The notes under the pieces are model-generated. The model had not been told where the DNA came from, searched no databases, and saw only the letters and a program-made list of their open reading frames with translations. 64,000 nucleotides of DNA from a virus (Duplodnaviria; Heunggongvirae; Uroviricota; Caudoviricetes): positions 32,001 through 96,000 of the IMG/VR virus record IMGVR_UViG_3300023179_004209, one strand, 5' to 3'. The number at the start of each line of letters is the position of its first letter. Positions within the stretch are counted from its first letter, which is position 1. A program made the position numbers and the translations under genes. Shown piece after piece: positions 1-9,165 of this stretch.

Positions 1-46
1 ATGTTGGAATACAAAATTTAATAGATAAAAAAATAATTAAAAACAT

Positions 47-922
47 ATGAAAATATTTTCAAATTTTAGACCGGATACATGTCATACTTACGATGAATTT
101 AAAAAGGTATGTAAAGATAAACCAATTACCTTATTTTATGATTATATACCAAAAAGTCTTGATCAGTTAAATATAAATCCATATAATTTTATAATATTAG
201 TTGAACCAAATGAATTTTTTGGACTACAATCTTGGGTTCGACAAAATAATCATTTATTTACAGGAATTATAACATGGAATGAATCTTTGTTTAAAGATTG
301 TTCTAATGCAATATTCTTTCATTATATTGGAGATGGTGGCGCAGGTGATATAAATCATAACTATCTAGAAGATTTTAACGATAAATATCCAAATAAAAAA
401 TTCGAAATAAGTTTCTTATGTGGTGCAAAAACGTTAGTAGAAGGACATAAATTTAGACAGGAAATTCATAAGATAGAAAACAAAATTACTATTCCTAAAA
501 AATGGTTCTATACATTAGATGATTTTAATATTGAGGATTTTAAAAAAGGAGGCATTGGTAGACCAAATGACATTTGGGTACAAAAACAAATATGTTATCA
601 AGAATCAATGTTCCATATTGGAGTAGAAAATGTAAAATACAACAATTGGTGTACTGAAAAAATCTGTGACGCTTTTGCAACTAAAACTGTTCCTATTTAT
701 TGGGGATGTCCAAATTTAGAAGAACTTGGATATGATGAACGAGGTATAATTCGATTCAATTCAACTGATGAATTGGTGTCAAAAATAAACAATTTAACAC
801 CCGATGACTATTATAGTAGATTGCCATACATTGAACATAACTATAAAATGATTAAAAATTTTAGATTTAAAGATGTTATTGCCAGATTGTTTAAAGATTT
901 TATCTCCGAAAATAATATATGA
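47..922 (+). CDS. Glycosyltransferase family 10 (alpha-1,3-fucosyltransferase-like)
   Basis: C-terminal GT10-type motif FHIGVEN...WCTEKICDAF..KTVPIYWG; first full gene of a sugar operon. Confidence 0.75.
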   Translation: MKIFSNFRPDTCHTYDEFKKVCKDKPITLFYDYIPKSLDQLNINPYNFIILVEPNEFFGLQSWVRQNNHLFTGIITWNESLFKDCSNAIFFHYIGDGGAGDINHNYLEDFNDKYPNKKFEISFLCGAKTLVEGHKFRQEIHKIENKITIPKKWFYTLDDFNIEDFKKGGIGRPNDIWVQKQICYQESMFHIGVENVKYNNWCTEKICDAFATKTVPIYWGCPNLEELGYDERGIIRFNSTDELVSKINNLTPDDYYSRLPYIEHNYKMIKNFRFKDVIARLFKDFISENNI

Positions 923-1425
923 ATTATATAATTGTATCGGCATTAGAACAAGAATTTCCGTTTGATAAGGAATTAAATGTATTATATACAGGAGTTGGTA
1001 AAATAAATGCTAGTATATCGTTATTAACTTATTTATATAACAATCCATATATTGATACTGTTATTAATGTTGGAACTGCGGCTGGAATAATAGAAAAAAA
1101 GAATCAAGTAGTAAGTTGTGGAACGTTTATAGAAGGAGAACTTGACTATCCAAGTTATGTATTGGAACCTATAATTATAAATCCAAATTTATATACACTC
1201 GCCACATTTGATTCATTTCAAACATCAGTTCCAAAACGTAAATGTGACTTAGTTGACATGGAAGGATATGCGTTTGCGAAAATATGTAAAATAAAGAAAA
1301 TTAATTTCTTCTGTTTTAAATATATATCTGATATAATCGGAGAACAAAATCAAGAAGAAATATGGCTTTATAATTATCAAAATGGCCGAACTCTTCTTAA
1401 AGAAATGGTTATTAAACATATATGA
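919..1425 (+). CDS. MTA/SAH nucleosidase-like (PNP/UDP family), short form
   Basis: TGVGKINAS, VINVGTAAG, VDMEGYAFA, KYISD motifs; ATGA overlap with upstream gene. Confidence 0.8.
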   Translation: MNYIIVSALEQEFPFDKELNVLYTGVGKINASISLLTYLYNNPYIDTVINVGTAAGIIEKKNQVVSCGTFIEGELDYPSYVLEPIIINPNLYTLATFDSFQTSVPKRKCDLVDMEGYAFAKICKIKKINFFCFKYISDIIGEQNQEEIWLYNYQNGRTLLKEMVIKHI

Positions 1426-2366
1426 AAAAAATACTAATTACTGGTGGTGCTGGATACTTGGGATCTGTTTTGACTGAAACTCTATTGAAAGAAGGACATT
1501 CCGTAACTATCCTTGATAATTTATCCTATAATCAATTATCACTAGGTGGGTTCTGTTCAAATGAAAATTTCAATTTCGTACTAGGAGATGTAAGAAATGA
1601 ATCTTTATTGGAAAAATTGGTAAATGAAAACGAAGTAGTTATACCACTAGCTGCAATTGTAGGAATGCCTGCGTGTAAATCAAATCCTCAAGCTGCGATT
1701 GATATAAATCTAAATCAAATTAAAAATGTAATCAAATTTTCAAAATCTGATTCTAATAAAAAAATTATTCTTCCAAATACAAACAGTCAATATGGATCAT
1801 CTACAGAGATTATTACTGAAAACAGTCCATTTAAACCCTTATCATTATATGCAGAAACTAAATGTGATGCTGAAAAAGCACTTTTAGACTCAGGAAATGG
1901 TATTGCATTACGTCTAGCAACTGTATTCGGTATGTCATATAGAATGAGAATGGATCTTCTGGTAAATGATTTGACATATAAAGCATTAACCGATGGTTAT
2001 TTAGTATTATTTGAATCCCATTTTATTCGTAATTATGTTCATGTTCGTGATGTAGCAAATACATTCTCTTTCATGATTCGTAATTACAATCAGTGTAATC
2101 AATCTGCATATAATGTTGGATTGACATCAGCAAATTGTAATAAACTTGAATTGGCAGAAACTATTAAAAAGTATGTGCCAGAATTAGTAATAGTTCAAAA
2201 TGAATTTAAGAAAGATTTTGATCAAAGAAATTATAGAGTTTCAAATCAAAAATTAGAATCATTAGGATGGACTGCTAATTATTCATTGGATCACGGCATT
2301 CAAGAATTATTAAAAGGATATAAAATGATTGTAAAATTCAAAAATAAAGATTTTACCAATCTATAA
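1422..2366 (+). CDS. NAD-dependent sugar epimerase/dehydratase (extended SDR)
   Basis: ITGGAGYLGS Rossmann motif, YAETK (YxxxK), LRLATVFG, RNYVHVRD. Confidence 0.9.
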   Translation: MKKILITGGAGYLGSVLTETLLKEGHSVTILDNLSYNQLSLGGFCSNENFNFVLGDVRNESLLEKLVNENEVVIPLAAIVGMPACKSNPQAAIDINLNQIKNVIKFSKSDSNKKIILPNTNSQYGSSTEIITENSPFKPLSLYAETKCDAEKALLDSGNGIALRLATVFGMSYRMRMDLLVNDLTYKALTDGYLVLFESHFIRNYVHVRDVANTFSFMIRNYNQCNQSAYNVGLTSANCNKLELAETIKKYVPELVIVQNEFKKDFDQRNYRVSNQKLESLGWTANYSLDHGIQELLKGYKMIVKFKNKDFTNL

Positions 2367-2391
2367 AATTTAACAATTAGTTATATTTAAA

Positions 2392-3357
2392 ATGGATAAA
2401 AATTTATTAGTTGTATACAATATTTGTGGGATTAAACACGATAACATTAAAATGTGGGTTAATCATCTACAAGATATTGTAGATCAAAAGTATAACAACT
2501 TTACTGTTGCAATATCAGGATGTAAGATATCAGAGTCATCTAAGAAAACACTCATCGAATTTAAAAATAAATATAAAAATGTAGTTTTTAATTTCACCGA
2601 TGAAACTTTACCAGTAAATGTTACTTTTAATCATACCACGCAGATTTGTTCATCTGAATTCGGTACATTTGATGGATATATTTATGTAGCATCAGATGTA
2701 AAATTCGGAACAGATTATGATGTATTAACCAAACTCAGTCATTTACATTTTAGTACTAATAGTGCCATGACATACGCATTAGTAGATAATGATCATGGAT
2801 TGGATGGGTGGTACAATGAATGTTGGGATGAATTGAATCAATTATTAGAAAAAGATCATTTTTGTATTAATATCGGAAAAACAGGAAACATGCATGTAAT
2901 ATTATTTGACAAAGAATTGTATGTCAAATATGATACTAAAATAATTCCTGATATTTTTGCATCTCATTGTACAGAAACAACTTATAGTTATTTAGCCGCA
3001 TCCATTAACAAAAAGATTACAGTTCACAATAAAAGTGTAATGTTAAAACATATTGGATTTGCAGACGGACATAGTGTTGGTTTCATGGATGAAATAGGAT
3101 GGAATCATAAATTAGCATGGAAACACTTTTTCAAATGTAAATCAACAGCAGAAGAAAGATTGTTGTCAAATGAAGCTAAAGAAGTAGGATTTGGTTATGT
3201 TGATTTTTATGGAGGATTTAAACACGATTCAAATTTATATGATGAAAATGAAAATCATATACAACCAGAAAAACTGTTCAATTTTCTAAAAAAGAGTGTA
3301 TATCTTTCAAACGAAGAATTCAATTATAGTGAGATTAAATATAGTTTTATAAAATAA
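2392..3357 (+). CDS. Hypothetical protein, possible GT-A fold glycosyltransferase
   Basis: 321 aa in sugar operon; VTFN...FDGYIYVASD resembles the GT2 region around a degenerate DxD. Confidence 0.4.
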   Translation: MDKNLLVVYNICGIKHDNIKMWVNHLQDIVDQKYNNFTVAISGCKISESSKKTLIEFKNKYKNVVFNFTDETLPVNVTFNHTTQICSSEFGTFDGYIYVASDVKFGTDYDVLTKLSHLHFSTNSAMTYALVDNDHGLDGWYNECWDELNQLLEKDHFCINIGKTGNMHVILFDKELYVKYDTKIIPDIFASHCTETTYSYLAASINKKITVHNKSVMLKHIGFADGHSVGFMDEIGWNHKLAWKHFFKCKSTAEERLLSNEAKEVGFGYVDFYGGFKHDSNLYDENENHIQPEKLFNFLKKSVYLSNEEFNYSEIKYSFIK

Positions 3358-3359
3358 AT

Positions 3360-4898
3360 ATGAATGTATTATTTATCAATCCGGGAAACAAAGAAGCAAT
3401 TTATCAAGGATTATCAACAACTTATTCTGCAATTGAACCCCCAACATGGGCATTACTATTAGCAGAATCTTGTCGTTCTATAGGGAAAACAGTTTCTATC
3501 TTGGATATTAACGCAGAAAATCTATCAGTAGAACAATCGTTTGAACGTATTAAGAATATCAATCCAAAACTCATATGTTTTGTAGTATATGGGCAAAATG
3601 TAAATGCTGGAACAGTAAGTATGAGTGGCGCAGTTGCACTTTCCAATTATATTAAACAACAAAATTGTAATATTCCTATTGCTTTCGTTGGTTCTTATGT
3701 CCAAGCATTACCAAAAAAGGCATTGTTTGAAGAAAAATCAATTGATATTGTATTCACAAATGAAGGTGTTTACGCATTAAGAAATCTAATATCACAAGAT
3801 TATATTGATGTAAATAAGCTAGACCACATCAAAGGAATTGCATGGAGAAAAAATGGATTCCCAACATTAAATGCACCTGAAAGTGTTGTTCCACAAGATA
3901 GATTGGATATTGATTTACCAGGCTATGCATGGGATTTGTTACCATATAAAGAAAAACCATTGGATTTATACCGTTCTCCAATGTGGCATGCAGAATACGA
4001 TCATAATAAACGTACACCTTATGCTGCAATTCAGACATCATTGGGATGTCGATTTGGATGTGATTTTTGTATGATTAATATTGTTAACAGAAATGATAAT
4101 GATGAAATCGGTGTTGCATCGAATTATAGTTCTATGAGATATTGGTCTCCCGAATTCATTATTAATGAATTTGACAAGTTAGTTAAAATGGGTGTAGAAA
4201 CCATTCGTATTGTAGATGAAATGTTTCTATTGAATAAAAAATATTATGTTCCTCTATGTACTATGTTGAAAGAAAGAGGATATGGTAAAAATTTAAGAAT
4301 GTGGGCATATTCTCGTATTGATACCGTATCAAATCCAGAACTACTAAAGTTGGTAAGAGAAGCTGGTATTAAATGGCTTTGTTTAGGAATCGAAAGTGGA
4401 GATAGAAATGTAAGATTGGAAGTGTCCAAAGGTAAATTTCAAGACGTAGATATTCAAAAAGTAATTCAATACATTCACGAATCGGATATAGAAATCATGG
4501 CAAATTATATATTTGGATTGCCTGGTGACACTTTTGATAGTATGCAAAAAACATTGAATCTTTCTAAAGAATTATGCACATTTGGTTGGAATGCATATGC
4601 TGCAATGGCATTACCAGGAAGTAAGTTGTATAAAGATGCAATTGATAAAGGTCGTCCAATACCAAAAACATATGAAGGATTCTCATTTCATTCATATGAA
4701 ACATTACCTTTGCCAACAGATGCATTGACCTCTGCACAAATTATAAAATTTAGAGATAATGCGTTTGAAGAATATCATTCATATCCACCATTTTTAGAAA
4801 AAGTTGAACGAAAATATGGTGCGACAGCAGTAAATAATATTAAAGAAATGTTAAAAATTAAGTTAAAAAGAAAGATTGTAGAAGAAGAAATAAAATAA
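3360..4898 (+). CDS. Cobalamin-binding radical SAM enzyme (class B methyltransferase-like)
   Basis: N-terminal B12-binding domain (EPPTWALLLA); CxxxCxxC in GCRFGCDFC; LGIESG; YIFGLPGDT. Confidence 0.9.
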   Translation: MNVLFINPGNKEAIYQGLSTTYSAIEPPTWALLLAESCRSIGKTVSILDINAENLSVEQSFERIKNINPKLICFVVYGQNVNAGTVSMSGAVALSNYIKQQNCNIPIAFVGSYVQALPKKALFEEKSIDIVFTNEGVYALRNLISQDYIDVNKLDHIKGIAWRKNGFPTLNAPESVVPQDRLDIDLPGYAWDLLPYKEKPLDLYRSPMWHAEYDHNKRTPYAAIQTSLGCRFGCDFCMINIVNRNDNDEIGVASNYSSMRYWSPEFIINEFDKLVKMGVETIRIVDEMFLLNKKYYVPLCTMLKERGYGKNLRMWAYSRIDTVSNPELLKLVREAGIKWLCLGIESGDRNVRLEVSKGKFQDVDIQKVIQYIHESDIEIMANYIFGLPGDTFDSMQKTLNLSKELCTFGWNAYAAMALPGSKLYKDAIDKGRPIPKTYEGFSFHSYETLPLPTDALTSAQIIKFRDNAFEEYHSYPPFLEKVERKYGATAVNNIKEMLKIKLKRKIVEEEIK

Positions 4899-4933
4899 AC
4901 ATACAAAAGTAAAACTACATAAGTATATTGACT

Positions 4934-5542
4934 ATGATAAAAAACTATACTCCATCAGAATTAATATCATTTGAAGAAGACATTGCGGAACAGTTTAATA
5001 ATTCAAAAATAAAAGCGCCTATTCATTTGTATAACGGTAACGAATCACAAATGATTCAAATATTTGATGATATTAAAGAAGAAGATTGGGTTTTTTGTAC
5101 ATGGAGATCACATTATCAATGTTTGTTAAAGGGAGTACCACCAGAAACCGTTAAATCTGATATTCTCAAGGGCAAATCAATTACTTTGTGTTATCCAGAA
5201 TATAAAGTATATTCATCTGCAATTGTAACGGGAAATATTCCTATTGCAACTGGAGTAGCATTAGACATTAAAAGAAAAGGTTCCAATGAAAAGGTTTGGT
5301 GTTTCGTTGGTGACATGACATCTGAAACGGGTACCTTTTTTGAAAACTGGAAATATTCAGTGAATCATGATTTACCTATTACTTATATTATAGAAAATAA
5401 CGGTAAATCTGTTTGTACAGATACATTGAAAGTGTGGAATTGTGAAGAATTATTCTTTGCAAAAGAAACTCGTAAAATTAAATATTACAAATACGAAACA
5501 AAGTATCCTCACGCTGGCGCAGGCAAAAGAATTCAATTTTAA
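4934..5542 (+). CDS. TPP-dependent dehydrogenase E1 alpha-like subunit (short, ~202 aa)
   Basis: PIHLYNGNE, TWRSH, TPP motif GDMTSETG...IIENN; ATG 4934 preferred over TTG 4928. Confidence 0.85.
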   Translation: MIKNYTPSELISFEEDIAEQFNNSKIKAPIHLYNGNESQMIQIFDDIKEEDWVFCTWRSHYQCLLKGVPPETVKSDILKGKSITLCYPEYKVYSSAIVTGNIPIATGVALDIKRKGSNEKVWCFVGDMTSETGTFFENWKYSVNHDLPITYIIENNGKSVCTDTLKVWNCEELFFAKETRKIKYYKYETKYPHAGAGKRIQF

Positions 5543-5546
5543 TATT

Positions 5547-6083
5547 ATGAAATATTTCGACGAACTTAAAAAATCAATGGATTGGTTGGCAACTAAAGAA
5601 AACACTTTGTTTTTAGGTCAGGCAGTAGAATATGCCGGTACTGGTATGACAAATACATTAAAAGATGTAGATAGATCTAAGTTATTAGAAATGCCTGTCA
5701 ATGAAGATATGCAAATGGGTATGTCAATTGGAATGGCATTAAATGGTACAGTTCCTATTTCTATATATCCTAGATGGAATTTTCTATTACTAGCCGCAAA
5801 TCAATTGGTAAATCATTTGGATAAAATGAAAATTATGTCTGATGGAGGATATAAACCAAAAGTAATTATTAGAACATCAATTGGTTCTCAACGTCCATTA
5901 CATCCACAACATCAACATATCAGTGATTTTTCAGGAGGATTTAAAGCAATGTGTGATACAGTTGATATTATTCGATTGGATGAACCACATCAAATTTTTG
6001 AATCATTCCAATATGCTTATGAACGAACTGATAATAGATCCACTATCTTAGTTGAATGGGGTGATTATTACGGAGAAAAATAA
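5547..6083 (+). CDS. TPP-dependent E1 beta-like subunit, pyrimidine-binding domain only (178 aa)
   Basis: LEMPVNEDMQMGMSIGMALNG, NQLVNH, PQHQH; ATG 5547 follows the alpha stop; C-terminal domain absent. Confidence 0.85.
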   Translation: MKYFDELKKSMDWLATKENTLFLGQAVEYAGTGMTNTLKDVDRSKLLEMPVNEDMQMGMSIGMALNGTVPISIYPRWNFLLLAANQLVNHLDKMKIMSDGGYKPKVIIRTSIGSQRPLHPQHQHISDFSGGFKAMCDTVDIIRLDEPHQIFESFQYAYERTDNRSTILVEWGDYYGEK

Positions 6084-6084
6084 C

Positions 6085-7047
6085 ATGACTATCGTTAAAT
6101 CGCCATTTAGAATATCATTATTTGGAGGATCTACCGATTATAAAGGATTTTATGAAAAATACGGGTCATTTATAATTGGTACAACTATTAATAAATATTG
6201 TTATCTTTCTATGAGGTATCGACCATCAATACTCTCAAAACAATATTTATGCACATATTCAAAGTATGAATTAGTGGATACTATAGAACAAATACAAAAT
6301 CCACTAATTAGAGCGACATTAAAATACTATAATGTAGATAAACCGATTGAATTTTTTTCATATTCAGACATTCCAGCAAGAACCGGACTAGGTGGTTCAT
6401 CAACATATTGCGTAGGAATGTCATATTTAATCCACAAACTCCAAAACAAACAAATAAATAAAAAAGAGATAATCAAATCTGCGATTAAAATAGAAAGAGA
6501 AATTCTCAATGAAAGTGGTGGCATTCAAGATCAAATTTGGCCTTTTGCAAAAGGTTTAAATTCCATAGAAATTGATAAAAACGGAGAATTTAGTATAAAA
6601 CCATTACCATTAACAGAAGAATTTTTAGTAGAATTACAGAAATCATTTACACTAATATATACTGACGAACAACGAAATACAGATCAAATTGCTAAATCTC
6701 ATGAAAATGATATAAACAATAAATTGAATATATTAGAATTAGCAAAAGAATCATACTCTGCATTCTTAAAAGAAGATATAAAATCAATAGGATGTTTGTT
6801 GTATCAAAGTTGGATCAATAAAGAAAAAATATCCCCATTAATTTCTAATAATAAAATAAAGCAAATAATCGATGATGTAATGTCAATGGGTGCATATGGT
6901 GCAAAATTATTAGGAAGCGGAGGATGTGGATTTGTGTTAGTTGTATCAGATCCTATTATAAAAACCAAAATACTTGAAAAATATAATGGTAATGTATTAG
7001 AATTCGATTTTGAAAAATCAGGAACATCTGAAATTTTTTCTAGTTAA
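6085..7047 (+). CDS. GHMP sugar kinase, D-glycero-D-manno-heptose-7-phosphate kinase (HddA)-like
   Basis: PFRISLFGGSTD, PARTGLGGSS, GGIQDQ, GAKLLGSGGCGF; likely start ATG 6085. Confidence 0.85.
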   Translation: MTIVKSPFRISLFGGSTDYKGFYEKYGSFIIGTTINKYCYLSMRYRPSILSKQYLCTYSKYELVDTIEQIQNPLIRATLKYYNVDKPIEFFSYSDIPARTGLGGSSTYCVGMSYLIHKLQNKQINKKEIIKSAIKIEREILNESGGIQDQIWPFAKGLNSIEIDKNGEFSIKPLPLTEEFLVELQKSFTLIYTDEQRNTDQIAKSHENDINNKLNILELAKESYSAFLKEDIKSIGCLLYQSWINKEKISPLISNNKIKQIIDDVMSMGAYGAKLLGSGGCGFVLVVSDPIIKTKILEKYNGNVLEFDFEKSGTSEIFSS

Positions 7048-7050
7048 TAT

Positions 7051-7473
7051 ATGAAAATAGGAATAGTATCTGGGTATTTTAATCCCGTCCACTATGGACA
7101 TATCGAATACATCAATTCTGCAAAAGAAAACTGTGATAAATTAATTGCAGTCATCAATAGTGATTACCAACGTGAATTAAAAGGAACAAAAGAATTCATG
7201 GACGAAAATCACAGATCTAAAATTATATTTAATTTGAAATCAGTTGATGATGTATTTATTTCTGTTGACAAAGACAAAACTCAATGTCAGACTCTTAGAT
7301 ATTTAAAAAATAAATATAAAGAAGATCACTTGATATTTTTTAACAGTGGCGATAGAAAAGGTTCAAATTTAGTTACTGCAGAATCAGATGTATGTAAAGA
7401 AATTGGAATAGAAGAATCAATTCTTGATCTACCAAAAATATACTCGTCAAGTGAACTACTAAAAAAGTTATGA
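7051..7473 (+). CDS. Cytidylyl/adenylyltransferase (HxGH; RfaE domain II/TagD-like)
   Basis: SGYFNPVHYGH, NSGDR, C-terminal SSSELL. Confidence 0.85.
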   Translation: MKIGIVSGYFNPVHYGHIEYINSAKENCDKLIAVINSDYQRELKGTKEFMDENHRSKIIFNLKSVDDVFISVDKDKTQCQTLRYLKNKYKEDHLIFFNSGDRKGSNLVTAESDVCKEIGIEESILDLPKIYSSSELLKKL

Positions 7474-8645
7474 ATAATTTTTACTTACCATTAATGGAAG
7501 ACAATATTGACAGAGAAGATGTCAATACACTAATAAACTTTCTAAATCAAACACCAATACCAAAACTAACCAATGGACCAAAAGTAGTTGAATTTGAAAA
7601 TGCATGGGGTCAATGGTTGGGTACTAAATATAATTTGATGGTTAATAGTGGAGCTAGTGCAAATGAATTGACAATACTTGCATTAAATGAACTGTACGAA
7701 GACGGCGAAGTGATTTTACCGCCCCTAACATGGATATCAGATGTTTCGTCAGTAATATTTAGCGAATTTACACCTATATTTTGTGATATCAATCTAAAAA
7801 ATCTATCTTTTGATTTGGAAAAACTTAAGAAATTAATTACACCAAAAACAAGAGCAATATTTTTGACTCATGTTTTGGGAATCAATGGTCTCACAGACGA
7901 ACTATTAAACATTTGTAAAGAGAATAACATTCATCTAATTGAAGATGTATGCGAGTCTCACGGTACTACATTTAAAGGTAAAAAAGTAGGATCATATGGA
8001 TTTGTAAGCAATTTTAGTTTTTACTTCGCACATCATATGTCCACTATTGAAGGTGGTATGATTTGTACCAACGATGAAAGATTCTATCAAATTTGTAGAG
8101 CATTAAGATCACATGGTATGATTAGAGAAATGACGGATGAATCCATGAGAAATGAAATTATCTATAAAAATCCTGATCTCAACAAAGATTTCATTTTCTT
8201 ACGTCCATCTCATAACTTTAGAAGTACCGAACTTAATGCAGTGTTAGGATTGTCTCAGTTGAAAAAATTAGACAAAAATAACAAAAATAGAATAGACAAC
8301 TATAACTATTTTATGAGTAAATTAGATCCTTCCAAATATATTACTGACATAGAATTAGATGGACAATGTAATTATGCATTTACAGTAATCTTAAAAGATC
8401 CTTCTTTTGTTACTCGTCTAAATGTAGAATTGAGATTAAAAGAAGCCTGTATTGAATTTAGAAGAGGAATGTCCGGTGGAGGAAATCAACTTCGACAACC
8501 ATACATCAAAAAACATTTCAATATCAACTATGACGATTTTAAAGTAGTAGACCACGTTCATAACTTTAGTTGGTATATTGGCAATTATCCAGGTCTACAA
8601 AGAGAAAAAATTGATACTTTATTGAATGTATTAAATAATGTATGA
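7470..8645 (+). CDS. DegT/DnrJ-family PLP enzyme, ColD/RfbH-type NDP-4-keto-6-deoxysugar 3-dehydratase
   Basis: VNSGASAN, EDVCESHG, SFYFAHHMSTIEGG with His at the usual PLP-lysine position; no obvious Fe-S Cys cluster. Confidence 0.8.
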   Translation: MNNFYLPLMEDNIDREDVNTLINFLNQTPIPKLTNGPKVVEFENAWGQWLGTKYNLMVNSGASANELTILALNELYEDGEVILPPLTWISDVSSVIFSEFTPIFCDINLKNLSFDLEKLKKLITPKTRAIFLTHVLGINGLTDELLNICKENNIHLIEDVCESHGTTFKGKKVGSYGFVSNFSFYFAHHMSTIEGGMICTNDERFYQICRALRSHGMIREMTDESMRNEIIYKNPDLNKDFIFLRPSHNFRSTELNAVLGLSQLKKLDKNNKNRIDNYNYFMSKLDPSKYITDIELDGQCNYAFTVILKDPSFVTRLNVELRLKEACIEFRRGMSGGGNQLRQPYIKKHFNINYDDFKVVDHVHNFSWYIGNYPGLQREKIDTLLNVLNNV

Positions 8646-9157
8646 ATTCTAAAATAAAAGAATGTAGTACTATTATCAATGATCTAATAGTAATTCAACC
8701 AGAGTCATTTTATGATCATAGAGGCGAAAACTTTGAAACATATAATGAAGAACATTATTCTAAAATATTCAAATCTGATTTGAAATTTGTTATAGATTCA
8801 TTTTCTAATTCAACCAAAAACGTTTTAAGGGGATTCCACGGAGATACAGATAATTGGAAATTAATTGATGTATTAAAAGGAAACGTGTATTTTGTAGTAA
8901 TTGATGTAAGACCTAATTCATCTACCTACAAAAATATACAATATTTCCAATTAAATGATAAAAATAGATATCAAGTTCTTGTTCCTGCTGGATGTGTAAA
9001 TGCACATTTAGTGACATCTGAAGACTGTTTATTTCATTACAAATTAACAAAAAGTTATGTTCCTATAGAAAAACAAATTCACATTAAGTGGAATGATCCC
9101 GAATATAATGTGTTTTGGCCAATTAACAATCCAATTCTTTCAAAAAGAGATAAATAA
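8642..9157 (+). CDS. rmlC: dTDP-4-dehydrorhamnose 3,5-epimerase family (cupin)
   Basis: DHRGENFETY, NVLRGFH, VIDVRPNSSTY, WNDP..WP..NPILSKRD. Confidence 0.85.
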   Translation: MNSKIKECSTIINDLIVIQPESFYDHRGENFETYNEEHYSKIFKSDLKFVIDSFSNSTKNVLRGFHGDTDNWKLIDVLKGNVYFVVIDVRPNSSTYKNIQYFQLNDKNRYQVLVPAGCVNAHLVTSEDCLFHYKLTKSYVPIEKQIHIKWNDPEYNVFWPINNPILSKRDK

Positions 9158-9165
9158 AAATAATT

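Noticed and set aside
4934-6083. Pyruvate dehydrogenase auxiliary metabolic genes
   Set aside because: Both subunits are short, E2/E3 are absent and the context is sugar biosynthesis.
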